Shown one piece after another: positions 9,784 to 21,690 of a stretch of DNA of 64,000 bases. The notes beneath the pieces were generated by a model. It saw nothing but the letters and a program-made list of their open reading frames with translations. It ran no database searches and was not told the origin of the DNA. Position 1 is the stretch's first letter, and every line of letters starts with the position of its first letter. This stretch comes from Mobula hypostoma (lineage: Eukaryota). Both the position numbers and the translations under genes were made by a program. The stretch is taken from NCBI RefSeq assembly GCF_963921235.1, contig NC_086129.1, positions 31,806,001 through 31,870,000 of the forward strand, written 5' to 3'.

Positions 9784-12700
9784 TGTCACAAAAAACTGTG
9801 GGTCAATTGTTTAAGAAAAATAACCAGATGGCTTGAGTCGCAAAAATAGATTGAGGTGCTTTTATTTACCTCAAAACAAGGCAAAAACTGGGGAAAAAAA
9901 TATTTTTTCCCCAGTTTTTGTCTTGTTTTGAGGTATATATATAGCCACCCTCAGACAAAAGAAAACTAACTCCAAAGCCTGTCTGTCTGTATCTTGTTTT
10001 ATGGCGATTGGCATCCAGCTTAATGGTGCATTACCGCCACCCTCTGCTCCAGAATGTGCACTAGACATACATTCTAAATCCCTTCACCCAATCGCGTGCT
10101 TAGTTTATTTCTCATCATCTCTCTGTATCCCATACTTCCTGCAACTCAGAACTACATGTTCTACTGATTCCTCTTCCTGACATTCCTCACACAATCCTGT
10201 CTGGTGTTTCCCTACCATTTTCAATGTTTTGTTTAATGCACAATTCCCCAGCCTTAACCTAGTCCACACAATTTCCTCCCTTCTGTTTCTATTACCTACC
10301 CCAGTAACTGCAACACTCTTTTGTATTTGATATAAATGCCTTCTTTTCCCCTCCCTGTCCCATCTTTCTTGCCACATTCGGTTGACTTTTTCCCAGATTA
10401 CACACTTAACCTCTGCTTTACTGATACCAATGTGCACTTCCACATTTTCTTTCTTTAATGCCCTCTTTGCCAACTCATCCACCCCCTCATTCCCCTTCAC
10501 CCCTATATGTGCTGGAACCCATAGAAATTTTACCTGACCTCCCTGATTTGCAATTCTTGTAACTAACTGAAGGACTTCATAAAGTACATCTTGCCGACTG
10601 TTTGTGTGAAAAGACCTTAAACTTGCTAGAACTGAGGATGAATCTGAACATATCAATGCTTTGGCTTGTCTGGCTTTCTGCACCCATTGCAACGCAACCA
10701 ACACTGCCAGCATCTCCACTGTAAACACCCCTAACTTATTAGATGTTCTTCTGCTGATTCTAATTTCTTTTGCTGGTATTACCACCCCAAACCCTGTCAC
10801 TCCTGTTTCAGGTTCCTTTGCACCATCTGTATAAATGTGAGTATAATCACTATACTTTTCCATCACATGACAGTTAAATGCATTTACTAAATCTGTTTTA
10901 TATCTTTCTTTCCTTTTTACCTCTAACAAATGCCAGTCTATGTCAGGCCATACAAGCTTCCATGGAGCTACAAAACTCCAAAGCCTTGGTAACCTGAGGC
11001 TTATAACTGCTAAGCCCCTCCCCGTAGACCAACCAAAAGCTAATTAACTCAATTATCCAATTAAAGATGGTATCCTCCACCATCAGCACACCTGTACAGG
11101 TTGCTGCTGCTGCCTCTATGTGAGACAGGTCCATGCAGCAGCCCTGTTTCAGACCCAGTGATTATTACAGCTGGGGATGAGTGTTTTACTGAGTGTGCCA
11201 TATGCTGTCTGTAGTCAGTGACGGGCCTTCGTCACACTACCACCCTCCTCTCCTGCAGTGGCAATGTTTGGCAGTCTTGACAGGAAGTCCGCTATGATGT
11301 TCTCCTTGCCTGCTTTGTGCCACACACAGAACCTGAAAGGTTGAAGTTCCAGGTACCACCTAGTCACCCTGGCATTCCGGTCCTTCATTGTCTGGATCCA
11401 GGTCAGGGCTCTGTGGTCGATCTGGAGGTCAAACTCCCTCCCAAGAAGGTAGTACCTGAGGCTGTCCAATGCCCACTTGATTGCCAGACACTCCTTCTCG
11501 ATTGTGGAGTACCGGCACAAGTTTCCTGCTGAGATGTAACACAGGACGTTCCTCACCTGGCTCTCCCTGAGCCAGTACTGCCCCGATGCCTACACCCGAG
11601 GCATCCACCTGCACCAGGGTCAGGACTCTGCAACACAGGGGAAGAGCATAATTTCTCCTTCAGGCCCTGGAAAGCACTTTCACACTCCTCACTCCATTCC
11701 TCAGGATTACGGGCCAACTTGCAGCTAAGGTTGGTCAATGGGGCTGCCAGGGTTGAAAAGTGAGGGATGAATCATCAGTACCAGCCCACTAGGCCAAGAA
11801 AAGACCGGACCTGGGTATTGATACAGGGCCTGGGGCTGTTCAGGATGGCCTCAACTTTATCCACCTGAGGCCAGACTTCTCCTCTCCCCAAATGATGTTG
11901 AGGTGGCCCAGAACTGTTGACGGTTGGTCTCTGAAGAGATGTCAAATTTGGCCAACAGCACCTCTCTCAGGTCCATATAACTCAAGCCATCTGGTTATTT
12001 TTCTTAAACAATTGACCCACAGTTTTTTGTGACATGGTGGCAGCGGTGGGATGGCCAGTCGCAAAACTAAGCGTGCTTTTAAAAAAAACGATCTGGGCTA
12101 CGGTCTCAAAACCAGCAACTTCAGATGAAGAATGAGGATGAGTGGGAGACAGTGGCAATGTCAGAGGAAGAGGCAGAAGGGGCAAGATCCAAAACCCGAC
12201 AGCTGCAGCCTGGGACATCGCTGGAAGGGGGTCCCTCAACCCTCGAGGTGGTAAATCTCTTCAGGGACTTTTTAGCTGCCCAGCAGAAGAGAGATGATAT
12301 TCTCCAAGAAGAGCTCCGGGGCCTGTGGATCTCACTGGAGGCCTCCCGCCAGCCTGTCCTACAGCCATCCCACCGCTGCCACCATATGTCACAAAAATCC
12401 ATGGGTCATTTGTTTAAGAAAAATAACCAGATGGCTTGAGTCACAAAAATAGACTGAGGTGCTTTTATTTACCTCAAAACAAGACAAAAACAGGAAAAAA
12501 AAACTATATATATATATAGCCACCCTCAGACTAAACACAAAAGAAAAGTAACTGGTAACCTGAGGCTTATAACTGCTAAGCCCCTCCCCCTAGACCAACC
12601 AAAAGCTAATTAATTCAATTATCCAATTAAAGATGGTATCCTCCACCATCAGCACACCTGTACAGGTTGCTGCTGCCTCGATGTGAGACAGCTCCATGCA

Positions 12701-12799
12701 GCAGCTCTGTTTCAGACCCAGTCACTATTACAGCTGGGGATGAGTGTTTTACCGAGAGCACCATGTGCCATCTGTAGTCAGTGATGGGCCTTCGTCACA
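9784..12799 (-). mobile_element. Internally deleted and rearranged Gmr1-like Gypsy LTR retrotransposon
   Basis: LTRs at 12387-12799 and 9784-11236 (TG...CA); 5-bp TSD TAATA; PBS TGGTGGCAGCGGTGGGAT (tRNA-Leu type); PPT GGAGAGGAGGGTGGTAG; RT/RNase H remnants (QVDASGVGIGAVLAQ, EKECLAIKWAL, ADFLSR) run up to the PPT. Confidence 0.88.
9981..10973 (-). mobile_element. 5'-truncated Nimb copy (RNase H and C-terminal CCHC) inserted in the 3' LTR
   Basis: 13-bp TSD AACTCCAAAGCCT at 9968-9980 and 10974-10986; 274-aa ORF 10105-10929 homologous to the 3' part of the full-length copy. Confidence 0.9.
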
Positions 12800-12813
12800 T
12801 AATAGACCACTAT

Positions 12814-14310
12814 TTCTAGACTTTGAAATCAATTCCTTACTTCAATTGTAAATTTTTGTCTTAAGTTTTCTTCTTTAATTAATTGCGAGTAGTCAATGGA
12901 TTGTTAAGGCTTTTGCTTCTTTAGTTTTTTAAGTTTTACTTTTACATGACATATTACTGGGTTATGGTCACTATTACAGTCTGCACCTGGATATGTTTTA
13001 CATTGAGTCACTGAGTTTCTAAATCTTTGGTTTATAGTAATAAAGTCAATTTGATTTTTGGTGTTATCACCTGGACTTTTCCAGGTCCACAAGTGTCTTG
13101 GATGGTTTTTAATGTAGGTATTCATAAGAATAATGTGGTTTTGTGAAAGACAAAGGTACAAGAAATGCAATATTGATGTTAAGGATACTATCAGAACGAG
13201 CTAGTCAAGTGCAAAAAGATTTGTTTGTTTGTTTTATCGACTGCACAAAAGCATTTGACAAAGTGAAGCACAATAAGTTATTTGAAATAATACAGGAAAC
13301 TCTAGATCTCGATTCAGAAGACCTCTGCCTAATCAGAAATCTGTACTGGGAACAAACTGCTGCTGTAAGAATAGATGGAGAAGTGAGTCCATTTACGAAA
13401 ATCAAGAGAGGCATTAGACAAGGGTGTGTTTTCTCCCGATTTGTTTAATGTGTACAGTGAAACAATATTACAGAAAATAAGAGACATCTTGGGAATTAAA
13501 GTTGGCAGTGAAAACATCAATAATTTCAGATATGCGGATGACACCGTTAATTGCAAGTACGGAGGAAGAACTACAAAACTTAATTGATATAGTTGTTGAA
13601 GAAAGTGCAAAAATGGGTCTATCTATCAATTGCAAAAAGGCAGAATGTATGGTGATATCCAAAAAGAAGGATTCTATCTGCAGGCTGAAAATGAACAGGG
13701 ACGACGTAAAACAAGTACAGAACTTTTGCTACTTAGGAAGCTGAGTGACATTAGATGGCAGGTGTGACATGGACATTAAAAGAAGAATAGGGATGGCAAA
13801 AGACACCTTTACAAGAATGAAGAGTATACTGACCAACACTAAACTAGACATGACAACCTGCCTCAGAGTACTGAAATTTTACGTTTATCCAGTTATGTTA
13901 TATGGCTCAGAATGTTGGACAATATCTAGTAACATGAGGAAATGAATTGAAGCAGCAGAGATGAGGTTTTTGAGGAGGATGCAAAGAATATCATGGATGA
14001 AACGAATATCTGATGAGGATGTCATGAACAGAGCAAGCACAAAAAGAGAAATAATGTATGAGATGATAAAAAGGCAATGTAACTTCATTGAACATGTAGT
14101 TAGGAAAGAGGAGTTATAAGGCACGGTAAGTATGGGAAAGATTGAAGGGAAGAAAGCAAGAGGAAGGCAAACACAAATGATGATGAAGGCAGCAGCCAAA
14201 GAACTGGAAATGAATACCAATGAATTGATCCACTTGACCCGAAACAGGAGTGTGTGGGCCATGGCAGTCAAAGCTCAAACTGGGCACGGCACCTGATGAT
14301 GATAATGATG
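12814..14310 (+). mobile_element. RTE-clade LINE with 5' inversion
   Basis: 13-bp TSD AATAGACCACTAT at 12801-12813 and 14311-14323; (TGA)n tail; RT on plus (GIRQGCVFS, YADD-equivalent); endonuclease end (NQIDFI, SDHNPV) on minus at 12814-13142. Confidence 0.88.
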
Positions 14311-14764
14311 AATAGACCACTATAACTACAATCACTTTCTAATTGTGTTTTGCCACCATGGTGGGATCCATGTCTGACCAGAGGAACTATATAGAGTTGG
14401 TGTAGCCCACAGGAGGTATATTCTACACCTCTGAGTTAGAGCAGCTTTTGCACTTCCCAACAGTTGTGAAGCAGCTCAATTACAATCATCAACTTAAAAT
14501 CGAGTTCTATGGTGACCATACAATATTTTGTATGCCACTACAGAAAATAATTATCTTCACATCCTAGCTAATAACACTTAAGAGTCACAAAATATACATA
14601 AAGAAGGAAGATAATTGCTGAGAGTTTGGTTCTGATTCAGAGGGTGATTTATATAATTTACAAAAGCAATTGACTGTGAGTGTAATGTTGAAGCATCTTC
14701 TCCTGCTAAATCCAATGTTATTGTTCTCTGCTGTTTAAAACAACAGAAACTACCATTAAGAGAC

Positions 14765-15110
14765 AGACGATGGACTGCAGATGCTGGAATTTGGACCAAA
14801 ACCAATTTGCTGGTGGAACTCAGTGGGTCAAGAAGTCACTGTTGGGGGGGGGGGGGGCGGGGGTGTGTAGGAATTGAGTGCAGTCTGAAAGCAATGCAGA
14901 ATGATTTTCATGCAGAATTTACTATATACATTGGAAGTACATACAAAACTCTCTAATTCTTTGATAATACACGCTTCAGTCCTGCCGAAGGGTCTCGGCC
15001 CGAAACATCAACTGTACTTTTTTTCCATAGATGCTGCCTGACCTGCTGAGTTCCGCCAGCATTTTGTATGTGCTACTTGGATTTCCAGCATCTGCAGATT
15101 CTCTCTTGTT
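14765..15110. mobile_element. Two Penelope-derived terminal fragments in opposite orientations
   Basis: ctgcagatgctgga...ggaactcag at 14770-14830 and its reverse complement at 14975-15110. Confidence 0.55.
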
Positions 15111-15509
15111 TGTAATTCTTTGGCAGATGTGTTGGAAAGAAGTTGTGCAATATAATCTTTGTTCTTTGAGCAAGGAAATAATGCTTTGAAAATAGCTGCA
15201 GCAGCTCTGCTCCATGATGTTTCCCTTGAAGGCAAATCAAGTCTTCAACTTGCTCTGAAAATAATTATAGATGCTTCACCATAAGTACGTTATTTTCCTC
15301 TCAAATGCCACATTTGGAAGGAGATGAGAAGTTTCCTCTGCTCCTTTTATGATTACATTATAAATGTAATCTTTGTGGAATATGCTTCTGATTTTGATTC
15401 AGAAACAATTGGAGAAAGACTCATTGAATTCTGTGCCTCAGTTCATCTGAGCAATCATCTTTTCAGCTGAAAACGCTTGACTGAATTGACTGCTGTCTGA
15501 GCCTCTCAA

Positions 15510-17480
15510 AGTTTGAAGTTCAAATTTAAAAAGTACATGTCACCACATACAAACCTGAGATTCGTTTTCTTGCAGGCATACTCAGCAAACCTATAAACTA
15601 GTAACTGTAAACTGGATCAATGAAAGAGCAACAGCATAGAAGACAACAAACTCTGCAAATACAAATGTAAATAAATAGCAATAAATAACAAGAGCATGAA
15701 ATAATAAGATAAAGAGTCCTTAAAGTGAGATCATTGGTTGTGGGAACACCAGAAATAGAATGGGGGTAGCTGTCCTCTTTTGTTCTTTTTGTTTTTTTGC
15801 TGACGGTAGCAGCAAAAAGAGGATCTTTCGTGATGAATGCTGTTTTACTACGACAAAGTTCAAAGTAAAGTTTATTGTCAGAGTATATACGTGTCACCAC
15901 ATACAACCCTGAGATTCTTTATCCTGTGGGCATACTTAGCAAACCTATAGAACAGTAACTGTAAGCAGGATTAATGGATAACAAACTGTGAACATCCAAA
16001 TACAAATAAATAGTAATAAATAATGAGCATGAAATAACAAGATAAAAGAGTCCTTAAATGAGTATAGCTATTGCCTTTTGTTCAAAAGTCTGGTTAAAGA
16101 GTAGTAATTGTTCTTGAACCTGGTGTTGTGAGTCCTGAGGCACCTGTACCTCTACTTAATGGCAACAGCAAGAAAAGAGCATGGCCCGGGTGGTGAGGAT
16201 CTTTGATAATGGATGCTACTTTCCAACAACAATGTTTCAGGTAGATGTGCTCAATGTTTGGGAGGGTATTACCCATGAGGAACTTGGCCAAATCCATTAC
16301 CTTTTGTAGGATTTCCACTCAAAGGCATTGGTGTTCCCATGCCATGCCATAATGCAGTCAGTAAGCACACTTTCCACCACAAATCTATAGAAGTTTGCCA
16401 AGGTTTTTGATGACATGCTGAATCTCCGCAGACTCCTGAGGAAATCGAGGGACTGTTGTGCTTTCTTTGCAATTATATTTATATGATGGGTCCAGTGCAT
16501 GTCTTCTGAGATAATGACACCCAGGAATTTGAAGTTACTAACCCTCTACACCTCAGATCCTCCGATGATTACTGGCTCATGAACCTCTGGTTTCCTGCTC
16601 CTGAAGTCTACAATCAGTTGCTTGGTCTTATTGACATTGAGTGAGAGGTTGTTGTTATGGCACCACTCAGCCAAATTTTCAATCTCCCTCCTGTATGCTG
16701 ATTCATCACCACCTTTTGATACAGCCCAGAGCAGTGGTATCATCAGCAAACTTGTACATGGTGTTGGAGCTGGACTTAGCCACACAGTCACTGGTGTAAA
16801 GTGAGTAGAGCATATCTCTGTGGTGCTCCCGTGTTGAAGGAGGTTGTGGAGGAGATGCTTTTGCCAATCTGAACTAACTGGGGTCCACAAGTGAGGAAAT
16901 GCAAGATCCAATTGCACAAGGGGGTATTGAGGCCCAGGTGTTGGAGTTTACTGATTAGTTTTGAGGGGATTATGGTGTTAAATGCTGAGCTGTAATCGAT
17001 AAAGAGCACAATGTTTCATGTAGATGTGCTCAATGGTTGGGAGGGCTTTACCCATGATATTGCGCTGAATCCAATACATTTTGTAGGATTTTCTGCTCAA
17101 AGGCATTGATATTCCCATACCAAGCCATAATGCAGCCAGTCAATACACTTCCCATCACACATTGTAGAAGTTTGCCAAGGTTTTTGATGTCATGCCAAAT
17201 CTCCGCAGACTCCTGAGGAAGTAGAGGTGCTGTTGTGCTTTCTTTGCAATTATATTTATATGATGGGTCCAGGACAGGTCCTCTGAGATAGCAACACCCA
17301 GGAAGTTGAAGTTACTGACCTTTTCCACCTCTGATCCTCCGATGGTTACTGGCTCTTGGACCTCGGGTTTCCCTCTCCTAAAGTCTATAATCAGTTCCTT
17401 GGTCTTATTGATATTGAATGAGAGATTGTTGTTGTGACACCACTCAGCCATGTTTTCAATCTCCCTCCTGTGTGCTGATT
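15510..17480 (-). mobile_element. Cluster of Rex/Babar-like LINE fragments
   Basis: [30 protein letters not shown] motifs in ORFs 16094-17568; repeated 3' tails at 15510-16080. Confidence 0.8.
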
Positions 17481-18269
17481 TGCAGTTCAAGCTCACAATC
17501 TCAATCCACAAATCTAATGAAATCATCAGATTAGTCAATGGAACTGATTTTTTAAAGTTGAGTAACATGCTTAACTGCTACTTGACCCTGTAGCCCAGAT
17601 GATCAATGGTTACTTACTGAATTGGTGATTTTAAAAAAATGGTATATTCAGTTTACTGTATTTGCGTGACGTTTTATTGTGGTGTATTCCATGAATGACT
17701 TTCAGTTTATCTATAAATATCAGAAACAAACATTATTTCAAATCCAGATAGATTTAGAAAGTGACTAAACTTCTGAAATAATAAGTCAATTTACTGGTAG
17801 GCTTGATGAAAACAATTAAAAATAGAAAAACATGAAATGTTGGAACTACGTAACAGGTCAGCAGCATCTCTAGGGGGAGAAACAGACCTCTTAGATTCCA
17901 ATAAAATTTAATTGACTTGAAACATCAGCTCTGATTGTATCTCACTGACTTCTATCTAACACTCTGAGTATTCTCAGTAGTTTCTGCGTTTTCTTCAGAT
18001 TTTGAGCAATTGTAATTTTGCCAACAAGAAGTATTCAAATCTCCGATTCTTGGTATGAATAATTAATTAGTCATTCAGTCACATTGCTTTTGCAACCCCA
18101 CATTCTTAATTTTCATGTCATTTATTTATTCATTTATAGGAAGTGGACTTCACTGCCGAACTTATTACTTCAAGCCAATTCATCTGAACTTTCGAACTGA
18201 GTGGTTTGATGGGCCAGTTCTGTAGGCAGTGAATAATGAAGGCAGTTAATACTGACTCTCAGTTACCTT

Positions 18270-20345
18270 GACTACATCTCTTCCCACCCTGTCACTTGTA
18301 AAAATGCTATTCCCTTTCCTCAATTCTTCCACCTCTGCTGCATCTGTTCTCAGGGTGAAGCTTTCCATTCTGAAACATCTGAAATGCCTTCGTTCTTCAA
18401 AGAATGGGTTTCCCTTCCACCACTATCGACGTTGTCCTCACCTGCATCTCCTTCATTTCCCACACATTTGCTCTCACCCGATCTTCCCACCACCTTAACA
18501 GGGATAGGGTTCCCCTTGTCCATACCTATCACCCAATGAGCTTCCCTATTCAGCACATCATCCTCCACAACTTTTGCCATCTATAGAGAATCCTACCAGT
18601 AAGCACATTGTTCCCTCACCTGCTCCATTATCCGCAGACATTGCTCTCTACCTGACTCCCTTGTCCACTCGTCCCTGCCCACTGATCTCCCTCCTGGCAC
18701 TTACCCTTTCAAGCGGGACAAGAGCCACATCTGCTCCTACACCTCTTCCCTCACCACCATTCAGAGCATCAAACAGTCCTTCCAGGTGAGATGACACTTT
18801 ACCTGTGAGTCTGCCTACCACATCCAGTGCTCCCAGTTAAGCCTCCTCTGCATTGGTGAAACTCAACATAGATTGGGGGACCACTTCGTCGAATGCATTT
18901 GCTCCATCCGCCATAAAAGGCAGGATTTTCTGGTGGCCACCCATTTCAATTTCATTTCACATTTCTATTTTGGTCCATGGCATCATTTACTCCCATGATG
19001 AGGCAACACTCAGGTTGGAAGAGCAACACCTCATATTCTGTCTGGGTAGCCTCCAACCTGATGGCATGAGAGCATCGATTTTTCTAACAGTCCTGTAATT
19101 TCACTACCCCCACCATTCTCTCCACCTCAATTCCCCATTCTGTATCCCTCTTACCCCTTCTCCTCACCTACCCTTCACATCCTTCTGGTGCCCCTCTTCC
19201 TTCCCTTTCTTCCATGGTCCACTGCACTCTCCTATCAGATTTCTTTTTCTTTGACCCTTTATCTTGTCCACCTCTCAGCTCCCAGCTTCTCACTTCATCC
19301 CCCTCATCAGAATTCCACAACCAGACCAGGGGAGGTGCAACGAGACCTGGGTGTCGTTATACACCAGTCATTGAAAGTGGGCATGCAGGTACAGCAGGCG
19401 GTGAAAAAGGCGAATGGTATGCTGGCATTTATAACTGAATTCGAGTACAGGAGCAGGGACGTACTACTGCAGTTGTACAAGGCCTTGGTGAGACCACACC
19501 TGGAGTATTGTGTGCAGTTTTGGTCCCCTAATCTGAGGAAAGACATCTTTGCCATAGAGGGAGTACAAAGAAGGTTCACCAGATTGATTCCTGGGATGGC
19601 GGGACTTTCATATGAAGAAAGACTGGATGAATTGGGCTTGTACTCGTTGGAATTTAGAAGATTGAGGGGGGATCTGATTGAAACGTATAAGATCCTAAAG
19701 GGATTGGACAGGCTAGATGCAGGAAGATTGTTCCCGATGTTGGGGAAGTCCAGAACGAGGGGTCACAGTTTGAGGATAGAGGGGAAGCCTTTTCCGAGAT
19801 TAGGAAAAACTTTTTCACACAGAGAGTGGTGAATCTGTGGAATTCTCTGCCACAGGAAACTGTTGAGGCCAGTTCATTGGCTATATTTAAGAGGGAGTTA
19901 GATATGGCCCTTGTGGCTACGGGGGTCAGGGGGTATGGAGGGAAGGCTGGGGCGGGGTTCTGAGTTGGATGATCAGCCATGATCATAATAAATGGCGGTG
20001 CAGGCTCGAAGGGCCGAATGGCCTACTCCTGCACCTATTTTCTATGTTTCTATGTTTCTATGTTTCTATCTTTCCCCTCCTCTCTTCTTCAACATTCTGA
20101 AGATATCATTCCCTCTCTGACTACTATTACTTCCTCCATCACATTCTTTATCACCAGGTTTTCCCAGCAGAAGCTTTTATTGACTTAAGAAAGAAGAGCA
20201 GAGAACACACCACTATCTCCCTCCTGGCACTTACCCTTACAAGTGGGACAAGAGCCACACCTGACCCTACACCTCTTCCCTCACCACTATTCAGAGCCTC
20301 AAACAGTCCTTCCAGGTGAGATGACACTTTACCTGTGAGTCTATC
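18270..20345 (+). mobile_element. Degenerate Penelope (GIY-YIG) element with a CR1 inserted; partial duplicate at 20215-20345
   Basis: DRVPLVHTY and LRLEEQHLIFCLGSLQP match the 60096-60827 ORF. Confidence 0.75.
19320..20065 (+). mobile_element. CR1 LINE 3' fragment
   Basis: LVRPHLEYCVQFWSP, LRGDLIETYKI; (TTTCTATG)n tail. Confidence 0.88.
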
Positions 20346-20389
20346 TATCATATCCAGGAGATGGTTGAGAGCTTCAACCATCATCAATA

Positions 20390-21690
20390 ATTTTTCCTAG
20401 TCCAGCCACATTGATGCCAAGAAAGCACATCAACATATCTATTTTTTCAGAAGCTTAAGGAAATTTGGCATGTCCTTGACGAGTCTTTCCCATTTTTGCA
20501 GATACATCACAGAAAGTACCTGCCTAGATGTATCACAGCTTGGTAGAGCAACTATTCTGCCCAAGGCTGCAAAAAATTGAAGAGTTGTGAATGCAGCCCA
20601 AACTATTGCACAGGTCAGCCTCCACCACCCCTCCCCGCCCCCCCCCCCCATTGACACGATATGGACTTTCCACTGCCTCAAGAAAGTAGCCAACACAATC
20701 AAGGAGCTCTCCCACCCTGGCCATTCTCTCATCTCCCCACTCCCCTCAGGAAGAGGACACAAAGCACAAAGTACTAGTTTCAAGGACAGCTTCTCTATCA
20801 CTGTTATCAGACTCTTGAATGGACCTCTCATGCACTAAATTTCCCTCTCATTCCCTCAGTATTATTTATTTACATATTTATTATTACTATTATTATTATT
20901 ATTATAATGAAGCGGGAGGAGAAGATGGCAGCGCGCGCCGCTCTCTGGTGAAATGATATCGTATCTGCTAAATAGGGGCCGTGGACAATTCTGATTTGGT
21001 GGAGACAGATGTGAGAAGCAGAGGAACATCTGGAGAAATTTCTGAAATGCCTGGTTTCACTGCCGTTGTTACTGTGCGATCGAGAATCTCCGGAGCGAAG
21101 GCCCCAAATCCCCGGCCTTGCCTGCGGCTGGTGACCGAGGCTGAGGTCGAAGCGTTCGGATAGAGATGGTGCTCAGTACTCAGTGTCAGGGGGCTGATCA
21201 GAGCTCGAAGTTTTCGGATGACTCAGAGTCGGACTGTGGTCGGGCATGGCAGGGAGAGTTTTCTTCCTTCTCTCGTCTGCGTGAGATGTGGGACTTTCGT
21301 GAGACTTTGAACTTTTTTACTGTGCCATGGCCTGTTCTTCATCAAGTTATGGTATTGTTGCACTGTTGTAACTATACGTTATAATTATGTGGTTTTGTTA
21401 GTTTTTCAGTCTTGGTCTGTCCTGTGTTTCTGTGATATCACACCAGAGGAATATTGTATCATTTCTTAATGCATGCATTACTAATTGACAATAAAAGAGG
21501 ACTGCGTGTCCTCATAATCTAATCTAATCTAATCTATTGTACTTACACAGTTTGTCTTTTGCACATTAGTTGTTTTTCAATCTCTATGTGTAGTTTTTCA
21601 TTGATTTTATTGTATTTTGTTCTACTCTGAATGCCTGCAAGAAAATGAATCTCAAGGTAGTATACAGTGACATATACATATTTTGATAAT
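20390..21690 (+). mobile_element. Rex/Babar-like 3' fragment split by a (TAATC)n-tailed element
   Basis: CLKKVANTIKELSHPGHSL motif; the 3' tail resumes at about 21538. Confidence 0.7.
20907..21537 (+). mobile_element. Unclassified non-coding repeat, about 630 bp, copy 1 (AAGATGGC head, (TAATC)n tail)
   Basis: Colinear similarity to 44730-45395 and 56708-57392. Confidence 0.8.

Noticed and set aside
14352-14405. Perfect Kozak GCCACCATGG
   Set aside because: The frame closes after 15 codons and no splice donor rescues it.
15114-15500. Protein-like plus-strand frame containing AALLHDV (HD-domain-like)
   Set aside because: Interrupted by three stops, with no second HD-family motif and no exon structure; consistent with chance.
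17618-17710. Minus-strand segment bounded by a good AG acceptor and GTAAGT donor (DKLKVIHG...KYSKL...)
   Set aside because: Stops in all three frames and no partner exons found.
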